A stretch of DNA of 64,000 nt from Klebsormidium nitens (taxonomy: Eukaryota; Plantae; Klebsormidiophyceae): positions 44,448 through 108,447 of the forward strand of contig DF237250.1 in the NCBI GenBank assembly GCA_000708835.1. Reading direction: 5' to 3'. Each line of letters opens with the position of its first letter. Position 1 is the first letter of the stretch. The notes below the pieces were generated by a model. That model saw only the letters and a program-made list of their open reading frames with translations, had not been told where the DNA came from and searched no databases. Shown here one piece after another: positions 12,610 through 26,000 of this stretch. The position numbers and the translations under genes are program-made.

Positions 12610-15600
12610 ATGGCGCTGACGTTGCCCGTGAGACGGTGTCTCCTGTTACTGACGTGGGTCGCCTTAGCGGGCTCCCTGTGGAACCATAGGAGATGTGCTC
12701 GAGAGAGCATGGCCCCAAGTAAGCCAACTTTCTCACATTTGCTGCTTTTGTAAGCTTCACGTGTGCCATGAACCCGTTGTGAATCCCATATGGCTACGAT
12801 ACAGTGAACAATCTGGTCTATCCTTCAGTTTTCTGTGGTTTCTCATCCTCCGGCAGTGAAACTCCGTCAGAATGGCAGGGTAGCAGAGACAGCATCTGTA
12901 TCTGAGCGGGTGTCCTTTCTCGCACTTTACCCAGGCCGCTGCAAATCAGCGCGCCTTTGCCTCCTCTAACTCTTTTCTCCAACATCCATCGGTGCATGGG
13001 GTTGCTACGATTGATCAACAAACAGACTTCAAAACATGGTGGGCCGAGCCAAATGTCAAACATACTTCACTTCAAACAGTAAAGTGCAATAGATCTTCTT
13101 TCCTGTAAGTCGCGTCTACGGAAGATTCTTCTACTGCCGAGCAACAAAAGAATCAGACGCATCCGCATGATCCAAACCATCCGCACTACTTTCGGCACTT
13201 ACCCCCCTTTAAAGGTAAGTCAAATCTGATTCTCGTTGCATCGTTGAGTGTTCTGATACGGAGTTGCTTCTTGCACTGCAGGCCAGGAACCGGTCCCTTG
13301 GAGCGTTCCTTCGGGGGGCATCCGGCCGCTCGGGGAAGAGCCCCCTACGGCGGTGTGGAGGGGGGGCGAATACCAGCTGGAGACAGCCAGTGCTGAGAGC
13401 GGGGGGGAAGCGGTGGATGAGAAGCAGCAAAGACGTATGGGCAGCATTCAAATAGAGAGCAAAGCAAACGCCGAGAGCGTCCAAGAGGAAAACACAGAGG
13501 CAATTGACAGTCACAAAGAAGAGGATCGTGATACGGACAAACAGTTTGAAATACGGGAGAAGGTCGCGTCACAGGAAACTGATAACGGAGAAGAAAGGAC
13601 AGAGGAACAGGATACACAAGCTGACAGGAGCACTCACGAAGAAGGCAAACAAACGGACGAGCTCTCCGAAGATCAGGGACTCACCCAACGGAACGCCTCC
13701 ACGTGTCCTCCCGCACCCGCCGGCGGCCCTCCGCGCTTCTACCCCGCGCCGCGCGGCCGCACGCGCGCGCCCACGTGCGCGTGCACGCCGGTCGCGCCGT
13801 TTATTCTGCTGTCGATGCAGCGGTCCGGCAGCGGCTGGTTCGAGACGCTTCTGAACAGCCACCCGCACGTGCGCAGCCACGGGGAGGTTTTCAGTAAGAA
13901 AACGTGGCGTGGCGCGCGCGAGCGCGCGCGCCTGGATGACGTGTACAACCTGGGGCGCGTGGCGCAGGAGACGGAGTGCCTCCGGGCGGTCGGGTTCAAG
14001 TGGATGCTCAACCAGGTGAGGGGGAGCGCCCTAAAACTCACGGGGCCGATTGATCCTTGGATCACCTGCAAAATTCGAATCACATGTGTTCGTTTCTGCA
14101 CCGGCTTTGGGGCATTTCATGAAGCAGCTTTCAATATATGACCACGTATCCTGTGGGCAAGGACCAAACGCGTTTTACGAGCCCGGGCGACCGTTTCACT
14201 GAGGTATTGAACGCGAGTCATTTCGAGTGCTTGGATCCCCAAGGTGGGCAGTCCATTGGAATCCTTGCTCCGAAAGCTGCCTCTCGACAAGAACGATGGC
14301 AAGCAGAGAAGCAGGGTCCGTACGAAGAAAGAGAGTTTTGTATTCACGGTTCTGATCACTTAAGAAGAGCAACGCAACCTACGAATCCGGGCGGGGAAAA
14401 ATAGCACCCCCGAACCCGTTGAAAGAACGAAGAAAGCCTTAACACGACCTTTACCCCTGCACTTCACCCAAATTCTAACAGAAAACGACACCTTCATACC
14501 CCTTTCACGTTGTGAATTGTGCCTTTCATGTCAGCCCAATGAGTTTCACTGAATTCGACGTGGCAGGGCGTAATGGATCACTGGCAGGACTGGCTTGAGT
14601 ACGTGCGCGCGCACGGCGTGTCCGTCGTGGTGCTGTTCCGGCGGAACACGCTCCGCCGGATGGTGTCGGTCGCGGCCAACGGGTACGACAAGCAGGCCAA
14701 GCTGGTGGACGGAGAACAGCACAAGAGCCACGTGCACTCCGCCGAGGAGGTACGCACCGGAACCGTAGTACAACCGGAAAGCCGAAATTTCGCCGTAGAC
14801 TGCAAGATGTTCCTGTTTGTTTTGCATAAACAGAGGGCTTTTGGCGCATAGACATGGTCGGTTACGGGCTGGTTAGAAAAACCAGATTCACGTACGAACA
14901 TTCACCCTGTTCAGCAGCCGAACGTCGACCATGATAAGGGCTCCTGCGTAAGGAGCCCTTATGGTAGACATGGAATTGGTACTGAATTACATACTTTTGA
15001 TCTGAGAACTGATGTCGACCTTCTGGATTCTGACCGAGAATGAGACGATTGAGAATGACCAGCTTAAGCGACAGAGACCGCGAAGTTACAGTCTTGATAA
15101 CCCACCTGCTTTAAGTACTTCATGTGTTCAGTTCGGCCCAGCATAATGAAGAGAGCAAGCAAAAGCAGGATCTCGACGCACAGTGCGATGCAAGGATTGG
15201 ATGTGCGTCTTTGAAGAAATGCTTATGCTTATCCGTTTCCGTTCCGCGTGGCGCATACGGGAATAGAGCCGGCGGAACTTTGGTTCCCAGGACGGCGCCT
15301 AGGGTCTCTCTGATGGGATGCTTCAAAGTCACAGTGCCTGTTCGGTTCCGTTCCGCTCTGTGCACGCTGGCGGAATACAAGCCAGCGGCTGGACCCAAAC
15401 CGTGTGTACTCGTTTCAGGGCAATCGCTTCCCACTCAAAGGTATCCGTCTCGTTATGCTTTGCGCAGGAGAGACGTACGGGTAAATGATAGCCCGGTTGA
15501 AGATCGTTGTGAGGCCACTTCGATTTTAAACCTACTCAGATTTTCAGGCTATTTTGGTCTTGAACGTTGTGTCAGACCATTTTGATCTTAAAAGCTGAAT

Positions 15601-16864
15601 TTCTGAGATCAAAACGGCCTCAGCCAACGATCTTAAACTGGGCTTTGATTTATAGTGATATATCGACGCCGGAGGTTCACAAGTGAATCTGGAATTTGAC
15701 CATGTGGTGTTTTTTTCGCAGCGGTCGCTTCGATTAAGACGTTCCGTTCCGCAGGAAGAGCGCTGTCGGAATACAGGCTCTGTTTGATCGCTTTGCGGCG
15801 ACCGCTTCTCATTCAAAGGTTCCGTTCCGTCCCGTCCAGCGCAGGCGGAAAAGCTGGCGGAATGCAGGCCAGGTGTGTTCGCATCGCAGCGATCGCTTCG
15901 CAATGAAAGCTCCCGTTCCGTTCCGCCTTGTGCAGGCGGAAAAGCTGGCGGAGTACAAGCCGGAGCTGGACCCCCGCACTCTGGTTGCCAAGCTGCGGTC
16001 GGTGCAAGCGACGCAGGAGGGCGCGCTGCGCATGCTGGCAGGAACGCGCCACGTGGTGCTCTATTATGAGGACGTCGTGGCGGATCCCAGTGTGAGCCGC
16101 TGCCAAACATTGCCGCCCCTCGCCAAAAAAGCGCGTTTCAGATTTTTGATATCAAAGTCACAGCTCATGAGTGCAAGCTGTTCAAAATATTTCGGAAGAC
16201 TGTGAGGGAGCTTCTAAACATGCTTCAGCGGATACTTCCCAGCTTTACAGCGACCTCTGGCTTCTATTGTGCTGAACCACGTGGCACGAGACGTTGCTCT
16301 GATTTGACGTTTGGACTATCAGTACCGGAATGATTTTAGATCTTCATCCAGTACTACAATCAATGCGCATACTGTTCTCTTCGTGCAATTTCGTTTTTCC
16401 CCCGCCGATCTCTCACATGTTGCGGTCCGCTGGTGCGATACTGGAAACAATCAGAGTATGATAACTCTAAAAAATCTGTCGTGCGCTCAGTTCGACCACG
16501 TGCCAGAGACTGGGGCATACGCCCCTCCGTCGTTCGTTGCTGCTCACTACAAATCAGAGCCCGTTTTTTGAATTCCCTGGGATCCTCTCTCAATAAAATT
16601 TGGGCGGTTACGGTGATTGAAATGTGGTTCGACTTTGGATTGATCAACGCTGACGCTATTCCATAATAGACCCGAAGAATTCATCGCTTCCCCTGCCCAC
16701 AGATGGTGGACCGCGTGCAAGACTTTCTGGGCGTGGCCCCCCGCCCGCTGCGGAGCAAGCAGGTGCCTATTCACACCCAGGGTTTGGAACACCACGTGGC
16801 CAATTGGGACCAGGTCGCGGCCGCGCTCGCGGGCACGCCGTACGAGGCGATGCTGTACGAGTAG
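12610..16864 (+). CDS. Membrane-anchored sulfotransferase, NodH-like / plant P-loop sulfotransferase family
   Basis: Signal-anchor exon 12610-12718 (MALTLPVRRCLLLLTWVALAGSLW). Exon 13282-~14014 has the PAPS-loop FILLSMQRSGSGWFETLLNSHP..HGEVF and AVGFKWMLNQ. Exon ~14566-14749 has VVLFRRNTLRRMVS, exon ~15936-16090 has VLYYEDVV, and exon ~16703-16864 has VQDFLGV..HVANWDQV..*. Confidence 0.85.
15341..15870 (+). repeat. Three degenerate copies of an acceptor/exon-start junction in a sulfotransferase intron
   Basis: Variants of gttccgttccg..gcag|gcggaaaagctggcggagtacaagcc at ~15341, ~15740 and ~15819; the real junction is at ~15915-15965. Confidence 0.8.
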
Positions 16865-19800
16865 CTTGCAAACACGTGGCGAAACTGCAGTTCACCGTTC
16901 ACCCTTCACCGTTATCGATTAGCCGTCCCTTTGGAACCTACTGTTCGCGGATCCCAACGACGTTAATGTCACTTGTTCAGGCACCTTTCAGACTCCTTTC
17001 GAACTGTCACCTTTAACCGGATAATTTCACTTAGGATGTTATGCCAAGCAGCGTAGCTCCCTACTACAACCGTATCTTCTGAAGTCCAGTCTTCCAATAA
17101 AGCAATTGCGGGCTGCTTGAGGGTGTGAATCCAGGTTGTCAGGCCCTAGGGAAGAAACACCAAACTAGCTCTGAGGTCCAGATTGGAGTCAGCCACATTG
17201 AAACATGTTTTTACTTTTCTTGCCTCAAGCACTGGGTGTTCACGCCCTTGGCCAGCTCGGCCGGGCTCTAAATTGTGCACCAAAAGTCAAAATGTGTTGA
17301 ATGTTCGTACGTAAGGAATTTAAGACTGATAAATTGCACGTCATGAAGACGTGACGCTCTGCAAGGTTGGCAATTATTTCAATTGGAAAAACATGCCAAT
17401 TACGGCCTTCAGCTAAGATGGAGGGAAGCCGATCGATGTATCTTTATCGATTATTTTCATATCCCAAGCTAGCGCGCATATAGCGTCAAAAGCTGCTCGA
17501 GTGTCTTCACATTGATATGGCTCATCAAATGCGTGCAAATCTCTCGGGCTTCACCGTTGTGATGAATGATCTTGCAAGTCAAGCGAACCATGAATGATCA
17601 ATCGCCCCACGTCTCGACTCAGTCAATCTTCGTTCCATACGGCTTATCGTTAAGTTTCGGCCCCTCCGGCCATCATGGTTGCTTTAAGTTGTTTGAGAGT
17701 CTCCCGGAGAATGGGGATTTTGGGTGGAATCTGAAGAATGTTCCGGGCTGCGTTTCGAATCAAAGATTGCAAAGCTTGAATAAACAAGCACACGTTATCT
17801 TGACACCAGGGTGAGTTTTCTTCACGTCAAGATGCTGAATCTCAACAAATCTATGCTATGCTTTCGTCTTACGAGTCCCCGGCCATTGCTGTTGAAGCGG
17901 AGCCTTGTGGGCTACTTCGAACCGCCGCTTTTTCACCCTTTTCCTGAAGTTAGCGGCGGCGAAGCGGTACCTTTCTTACCCAAATGACCTGGACAACTGT
18001 AAATGTTATTTTCGAGTACTAGGATCAGATCCGAACAGGGCTTCAGCCCTAGCGAGCATAAATTTATCATACATAGGGCTGCTTTATAATGTGCGGTTCT
18101 GATGTGCCTCTCACAACGCAGAAGATTGAACGGCAAGAGGTCTTTCAACCGCAAGTAAATCATCAAAGCTTGCTAGCTTCGGGGCCTCCTCTTTTGGTAG
18201 AGCTTGATCAACTGATGTAACTGCTAACGGTTGCAAACCTACCAGTCGCCCGAGTTTACTCGGCGTTGCCGTTCTCGTGCCGAGCGCAAACGCCTATATT
18301 TCGAAATAAGAGAGACTGGCCCTTCTTGATCACATGACGGACCCGTCACCATCGAGAGCTCGATCCTAAAAGGGCTGCGGTTGCAGAGAGCGTCAGACTA
18401 TGTATACCCCACACCGCGACGTTAAGGAATGGGCGCCAGTTATAAGTTGCTACGAAGGACATGTCGTCACACAAATAGGGTGGGGACCGGGCGGCTCAAT
18501 AGTTCAGTTGTTCTATCCTCGATCCTATCGCTTTTAGCTTCGACTTGGTTCATCTGTATGTTATGCTTCGGCGCTTTGCACCCCCGTAGACGTAGCACGG
18601 TTTGTATTCCAAGAAGGGGAACATGATTGCATCGAACGATGATATAAATACAAGGGAGCCAGCGGGAGGTGGCTGTTTCTGTAAGCCGCTCTTCCTTCTA
18701 CGCGCGAAGGTTTTGCAGCCACCTCTTACATGGCTCTTTGCAAAAGTACGGCGCTTCCTTGAACTCAACGTCTTGGGACAGTCAAGCCTTACAAAGACCG
18801 TCAGAGATCTCTTACCTGACAAAAATTGATTCTTCTCGGGAGCATCGCAATTACTTAGAGCCTTTTATTAAAGACTGTCTTGTTTAAGAAACAAGACGGG
18901 ACAGGCTGTCATAGCTGATTCTGTACTTCTTTCAATTAAGAGAACCTCTCTACACCGCAGATATTATACTGAACAGAGTTTCTAGAACGGGTCGTTCGAC
19001 GCGTTAATGGGCGTTGCACTGACGCTGCTAATGTACTCTAGTGGGCTGACTACATATCAGAACTCTGATTCGCTGGTTTGCCAAATCTGCTCGAATCTAC
19101 CATTCAAAAAGGGGCGAACGCCGCTCAAACGACAGACGGTCAAAAAACTCTCAATCAATTGTCCAGCATTCGGAGGCGAGAAGCAACTATCAACCTGAGC
19201 ACATCACTTCTTTGAGAGCACAGGTTCAGCGATCTGACAGCATCCGCATTGACTGGCCACCAACGGTGCATCGGACACACCTGCCGGAGCTTGCTAGTGC
19301 GTCGACGCACGTGGGCGAAGCGCGAGAAGGGCGACTAGTGAGGTGAGTTCCAACAACAGGTTGAAAAAGTTCAAAGGGTGTGAGCCATTTGAGAAATGTA
19401 TTAAATGCCTTGTTGGCAACCAGCAAGTGCATTGCAAAGAGTACTTCGAAGCGCTACAAAACGTCCGCTAGAAAGGTGCCCCATAACAAGTCACTCGAAT
19501 CCCTTGTAAAGGCCTAAGCGGCACTGAGGCTCCTCTGTTGTCAACAGACCGCTTTCAGTGAATGACGAGATGTGTCATAGGAACTGCCAGTTTTCTATTC
19601 TTATAGATTTAACCTTCGAGGATCCACCTGGACTCTGATGTTGATTGAAACAAATGTAAGCGTGAAGAAGCCTCTGCAAATTGTAGGCAAAGAATGTGAA
19701 AGCAGTGCTGTTGGACTCTTCATACGCACTTCATCCTTATTATATACTATGTCCAGAATCATCTTTATCTTTAAAGTGGACAGCCCAAATCTAAGGATCA

Positions 19801-20001
19801 CAGGATGCTCTCGCTACTGACGTCCACCTGGCATGGGCTAACGAGCACCTGACCAAAGGGCACCGTAGCAAATATAGGTGTCCGATCTTACGGAAATTTT
19901 TCTCTCTGACTAGATTCTTGTGGAACAAGAGTTACGTCAATGTTGTTCGAAACAATCTCCAATGTAATTCTCATCGCTTTCGCAGACGAGACGCTAATAG
20001 G

Positions 20002-23000
20002 ATGGCGGTCCGACTCAGCGCTTGGTTTCTTGTTCTGGCCTTGATGACGCCATTCACAGAGGGCGCACCGAACAGGTAAGCTGGAAGGCGGACGGAAAAG
20101 GTTACCACCGGAACGGCGGAATCACTAAGCACCTGTGTCGATTGTTTAGTGACTCCGTTTAGTACAATAAGCGCTCCTCAAATTGTTTCTGTTTCTGAGA
20201 GGAACAAAACAAGAAATGATAAAAGATCATAGACGATAACTGGATCATAGACGTCTCCACAGAAAATACAGATTAGGCCGGTGCTCAGTCATACCCTGAG
20301 ATCGACTCGCTAGGCTCTGACTTGGGTTCGAGCTGTTTCCGGAATCGGGCACGCTTAACAAAGCCCAAAACGGAAGGTGTTAGAGTTCCGAGCACAAACA
20401 TCCCATCTCAAATAAGTGACACGTTTTGAAGTTTTGACCGGCAGCCCGAAAGGCGCGGTCAAGAAAACCCTAGTGGAAAGTGTCAAGGGTTGAAGTCTAA
20501 TCTGCTGTCCTGATCGAGTGACACAACGCTTTTTTGTATTCCACAGCACCGGCGAGACCATACATCCCAACCTCACTCCGGGCCTCGTCTCCACGGCCGG
20601 TATGGATTGCAACCTTTGAAGATTCAGGTTCTTATGGTTTGAGAGTTTTGGTACCATTTTTGGTTTTAGGGCCCGCTCTCAATCAGACTGTGATGTAACT
20701 GCTGACAGCGCTTTTGGGCTTAGAGGTGTTTGAAAGCGGCAAAGAAGAGAAGCAGGTGAGAAGTTCCTACAACCTGATCATGCTTGTAGTTCCTCGCCGC
20801 ATGCCTCATCTTGAGCCAGATTGAGTTTCGAAGTGTTTGCGACAGTGTTTCAACTGAGTCGTATCGCATTACAAAAGCTGACAGTTCCCCGATAGCTTCT
20901 TGGGTGTCTGAGTTTAAATGCATGCAATCGCGCCGATCCGTCATTGAGATTATTCAGAAAGGTTCCACACATGAATATCAAACTGAATAACACTGCAGGT
21001 AAGTTTGCCGTCTTGAACCATGACATCGGCATCAGCCCCATGCACGGCACCCCGGTTCCTTTCACCAACAAGGTGCTCATGATTGACCGGTGAGCTGCTT
21101 CACCACAGGAAGGTTTGGCTGCTAACTAGGTTCAATAACCACACTTCAGTCTGGTTCTTTGACCAGTAAACGGGTTGTAGCCATGTTCAAAACCTGGTTA
21201 CTGATCGAGTCTGGTCATTGGACACTTAAACCCGAGTCAGCCCGTAACCGACTGCGGTTGACTGCCAAAAATCCCTGTGCACTACTTTGGGTCGATCACA
21301 CTTCAAGCCATACACCGAAACAGAGTGTCGCAAATAGGCTCAAGGCCACCGCTCTGCGAGACGCTTCCGATACACAAATTTCATCATGAAGGCGCTTCTT
21401 GGAAATTCCTTTTCAAATGGTTGCGTCTTGCAAGGAATGTTGCCAGCAAAATGTAGTCTGTTTTCTGGTTCGACTAACAGGAAACCTTGGATCCCGGGGC
21501 CCTGAAACCCTGGTAAAGGTCTCGATCCCTAGTTTAGCCAAAAACCGAAAATCCTAAGACTTTCTTGTACGACAGACCGACCTTTACTTACTGATTTCCT
21601 TCATATCTGCACCCATTTCCGTAGCAGCATGCGTCCTGAAGCAAATGAACGGGTGTGACTTTTCAGGACTTTAGAACCTCAAAGGTCCGACCCACCTTTT
21701 CCTCGTTCCTTACCTGTCTTTCCGATGCTTGCAGAACTGACCCAGGCCCCTCAAAGCTGCACCTTTCGGACGGTACTGACGCCTATGCGGGCGAATTCGA
21801 CCTGGACAAGAACAGCATCCGGGCGGTTTCCGTTCCGAGCAACACTTGGTGTTCCGCCGGAGCGTACCTCCCGGACGGAACCATCCTGAACAACGGAGGC
21901 GGCGACGGGGTGCGTCTTTCGCTCGGCTTCACACTGATCGATGATGTAATGATGACGGAGGTATTGCCTAGATCAAGAAAGTGGCGTAGTTCTGAAATGA
22001 AAGTGCTGAGGGAATGGACACGAAAGAGCAGAAGTTCTGCTTCGCTCGATAAGCGCTTTCGCAGTCTCCTGCCGTCGCTGCATCAAAGGCGGATCTGGTA
22101 ATATCAAGAATCTCCGCCCGTCAAGGTTTCATAATCAGACTGACCGCGATCGACTATCTTAATCTGCTGCTTCTCTAAGAATGCATCTCCTTTAAATGAT
22201 GTAGTGATTACGTTTGCTGTGTATTAGGCTTTTGGATCTCATCCAGAGTCTTAGACGGCAAATCAAAAGAAGGCTGATCTAACTCCGTCACTTTGGCCCC
22301 AATCTCAGAACCCCAGCAGAATGTTAATTAGCCCAATTCAACACGTGTAGGCGTCTCTAAGAGACCAGCCACGCTCTATTTGACTGGGCTGACTAACCCA
22401 CTGATTGTCCCACTGAGTGACCCACTACGTGACCCACTAACTAGCCTGCTGACGGAACTTTGAATGGACCACCTGTAAGTCAACCACTTGCGAACCTTCT
22501 AGTTGACCCACTAACCAATCCACTAATCTCGCCCACTAATGGGACTACCAACCCCCTCACTAACCCCACCCCTAACGGACCTACTAATCCCCCACTGACC
22601 CAATACCTAACGGACCTTTCACCCCCCGACTAACCCACCTCCTAACGGACCCCAAAACCTGACCCTCGGTCTAACCCACGATTCCGCGCCAGAGCGGGGG
22701 CTTCGAAGCCAACAGCGGCCTTCGGACGTTCACGGACGGCGGCAACCTGGTCCAGGTGTCCAACACCAAGGTCCCCCGGTGGTACCCAACCGCCCACGTT
22801 TTGCCGGACGGCCGGGTGCTTATGGTGGGCGGGTCAGACAAAACCCAAAACGGTGGAGGCTCCGCATCCTATGTAAGCGGGAACATAAAACCCGGAGACC
22901 CTAAATCTCAAGACCCAGCTCGATCTTAAGACAGAATCTTCTCTGCAGCCCGTGTAAGCTAGAAGACAAAATCTTTTGGAGACGCTGTCCTACAGATTTT

Positions 23001-26000
23001 TGATGCTATTATCATCTTTAGCTTGCACTTCTTAAAGCTGTATGCTTCGTGAGGGTACGTTCAACCGGATCCACTCGGTTCAGAGAGTCTTCTAGGTTCT
23101 CATTGTTCAAGCCGGACAGCTTCGAAGGATATGGACGGACTTAGAAGTCGGTTTCTTCCCGACTCCATCGCCGCTGCCTCGTCTGCTGAAACTGTACTAA
23201 TCTCTAAAACAAGATCTTGAGCGCCGGACTATTCGTAGCCATATGCAAATCCCCGAACCTCTTTCCTTCAGCCCTAATTTCTCGTAAACCTTCTAGAACC
23301 CGGTAACAATACAACGCGTCCACCTCCTACAAAGCTTCCCGACTTCGCCTTCAGAAGCACCCTTATATTCTGGTCCAGATCTCAAACCCGAAAACATTTT
23401 CAATCACCCGCGCCGGGCTTGTAAGATTTCATCTCCCCAGATGTGCGACACGTGTACGATCCAACATGCAGGCCTCGTACGAGTTCTACCCGGCCGACGG
23501 CCAGGATGCCCACCCGCTGGAGCTGCTCGCGCGGCCCAACGTGGTCGCTGCAAACTTATACCCCTTCGTGCACCTCATACCGGATGGCCGCATGTTTATC
23601 TTTGTGAGAGCGCTCTCATCCTCTTTACCTTATCTCAATGTTCTTGCTTTTTCTTCAGAATTCTGCAAGTTTCGTTTAGTTCTTGTCTCTAGGTGATGCA
23701 TCCCCGCTAAAGAACGCGTTCAAGATGCGAACTCATCCGTTTCAGTCTCGGTGGTTCTTCTCTGTTATGAATAATCGTTCCGATCGTCATTCGATCCCTT
23801 GTTTCGTCTGCACCGTTCTCTTTTTCTACGCACCTTTGAGGGGACTATTAAGTACGCAAATCAAAGAAGTCCTTCAACCTTTGCCTCTCTCATTTCTTTG
23901 TGATTGGTCTCCGACTGTTCTCCGATCGTTACCTTATTCAGGCTGACTGCCCAGCCACACCTGTTTCCTTTTGAAAGACCTCCAAACGCTCCTTCCAACG
24001 AGCCTTATGCGGGCACATTAGTAAGTAAACAAGCAACCTCGTGTTAACATTGGTTTCTTTCAAAGCTCTCACTGCAGCCCAAAAGCAGATCAATACCGCC
24101 TTTCCTGCGTCTGAACCAGGCCGCCAAGTCGAGCGTTCTGCTGGACTACAACACCGGAACAACGACCGATCTACCAGACCTCCCCGGAAACTACCGCAAT
24201 TACCCGCTGGCCGGGGCGTCCATTCTCCTTCCGCTCGACTACAAGGACTCTTACACGGCCAGGTAGGATATGAAAACCGAAAAACCCCTGAAGCCTTGAA
24301 ATTTATTTTTTCAAATCCTGACATCTAAGACTTAAAAAAAGGGGTCCTGTGTCTGTGACCGTAATGCTTGAGCGGGTGTTCAAGTCTCCCGTTTTGCACA
24401 TAGAGCACACCTAAACTTCAAAATTGTTGAGGCTCTGAAACCATATGCCATTCAAGCCTTGAGAATATTGAAAAGGGTTAAAAGCTTTGAGAAGCAGACA
24501 AATATGTCTAGAAACATAAAGCTCCGGAAGTGAACTTAAAAAGACCCGATAAATTTCTCTACAAGCTGGAGCGGCGGGGACTATATTTTGGGAGCAACAC
24601 GGACGTCGCGCTCCTGTGTCAAGCCCACCTTGAGCATCGTGCATTTTCGACCTCATTTTTTCATGCTTCAGAAAGACGTTTAAAGCTTCAAAAGGGCACG
24701 TAAAGTGTTGACTGGAACGGTCGCTGATGAAGCAAACGATGACACTAGATGACGCACTCAATGAACAGACTAAGCGAACAAATCCTCTAGTGCATGAAGC
24801 AACCGTTGCTGAAGAAGTCAAGGATGATGCGCAGAGTAATGGTTTGCGGGGGCGGCAACGGGCAGGTAGGGGCCGACAATCAGGGGGATCCCTCTGCACC
24901 GGCATCGGCGTCGTGCGGAACCATCGACCTGAGCCATGACAACCCAAAATGGGCCATCTCATCCTCCGCAACGGTGAGCAGCGACGGTTCCGCCGGAGTC
25001 CTCTGGACTCTGCAGAGTTTCCGCCAGAAGCTTCCAAAGTACGCGACCGGCCGCCACTTGGTTCCGCCGGATTCCGCGGAGATTCACCCAGGAGCTGGCT
25101 AGATTTGCCGGATATCGGACAAGGCCACCAAGTTCTTTCTGACAGCGGATTGCCGTTGGGATCCGCCGGCTTTTGCCAGACTTCAGTGGAACAGTCGTCG
25201 AAGCTTTCTCTTCCATTGAAGATTTAGAGGCGCCTTCTCACATTGTTGGATAGAGTTGAGGTGCTAATCCCGTTTGCGGAGAGATTTCGCCGATTGCTTC
25301 AACAAGAGTCGCAAGCGGTTCGCAAAAAGAAATTCCTCGCCTCTTGAAGCTTTCCGTGGCCGTATCCCGTGCAGCCACGGGTCATGGGGTACCTGGTTTA
25401 CCTTCTGGACGGCACGTGTCTCTACATCAACGGCGGTCTGGTGGGCTTCTCGGGCTACCATTCCTCCACGAAGGCCCAGCATCTACGACCCGACGCACGA
25501 CACGTGGCAGCAGGTGGAGTCCAAGAGCGACAGCGCGCGTTTGTACCATGCGGTAAGGTTTTCAAAAACGAAGTCAGGGTTCAGCTGTTTGAGTTCTGGA
25601 CTTTCCTTGCTCTGTGGGCTTTGAAGATTGAAGTCGCCCTTAAACTCGTCACTCTTGAATGCGCAACTTTTCTGAAGCTCAGAGCGGGCTTCGCATCACA
25701 GCGAGCAGTCGGTGCTCTGATTCCTTAACGTGGGCGTATGCACTCGCAAGTGCATTTCAAATCGGACGGCAGAAAAGCACGAGTTGAATCTATCGAACGA
25801 TGCTCGCTTGCCTAACTTGTGCCGTCGTCACGCTTCGGCCATGCCGCCGGCGTGACGCCTACGCCCACTTTAACGTGGCTGCAAGACGCTTCGCGGCAAA
25901 CCGTCCAACCGTCCTCCAGCTCCATATTCTCTCGCTTGGAAAAATGATAGATCTCCGAAAGAGCTAACTCTCCCAAACTCAGGTTGCGTACCTCATCCCC

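Noticed and set aside
17560-18900. Several 60-90-aa ORFs between the sulfotransferase and oxidase genes
   Set aside because: No recognisable motifs and no consistent splice or phase structure. Possibly a decayed remnant, but unsupported.
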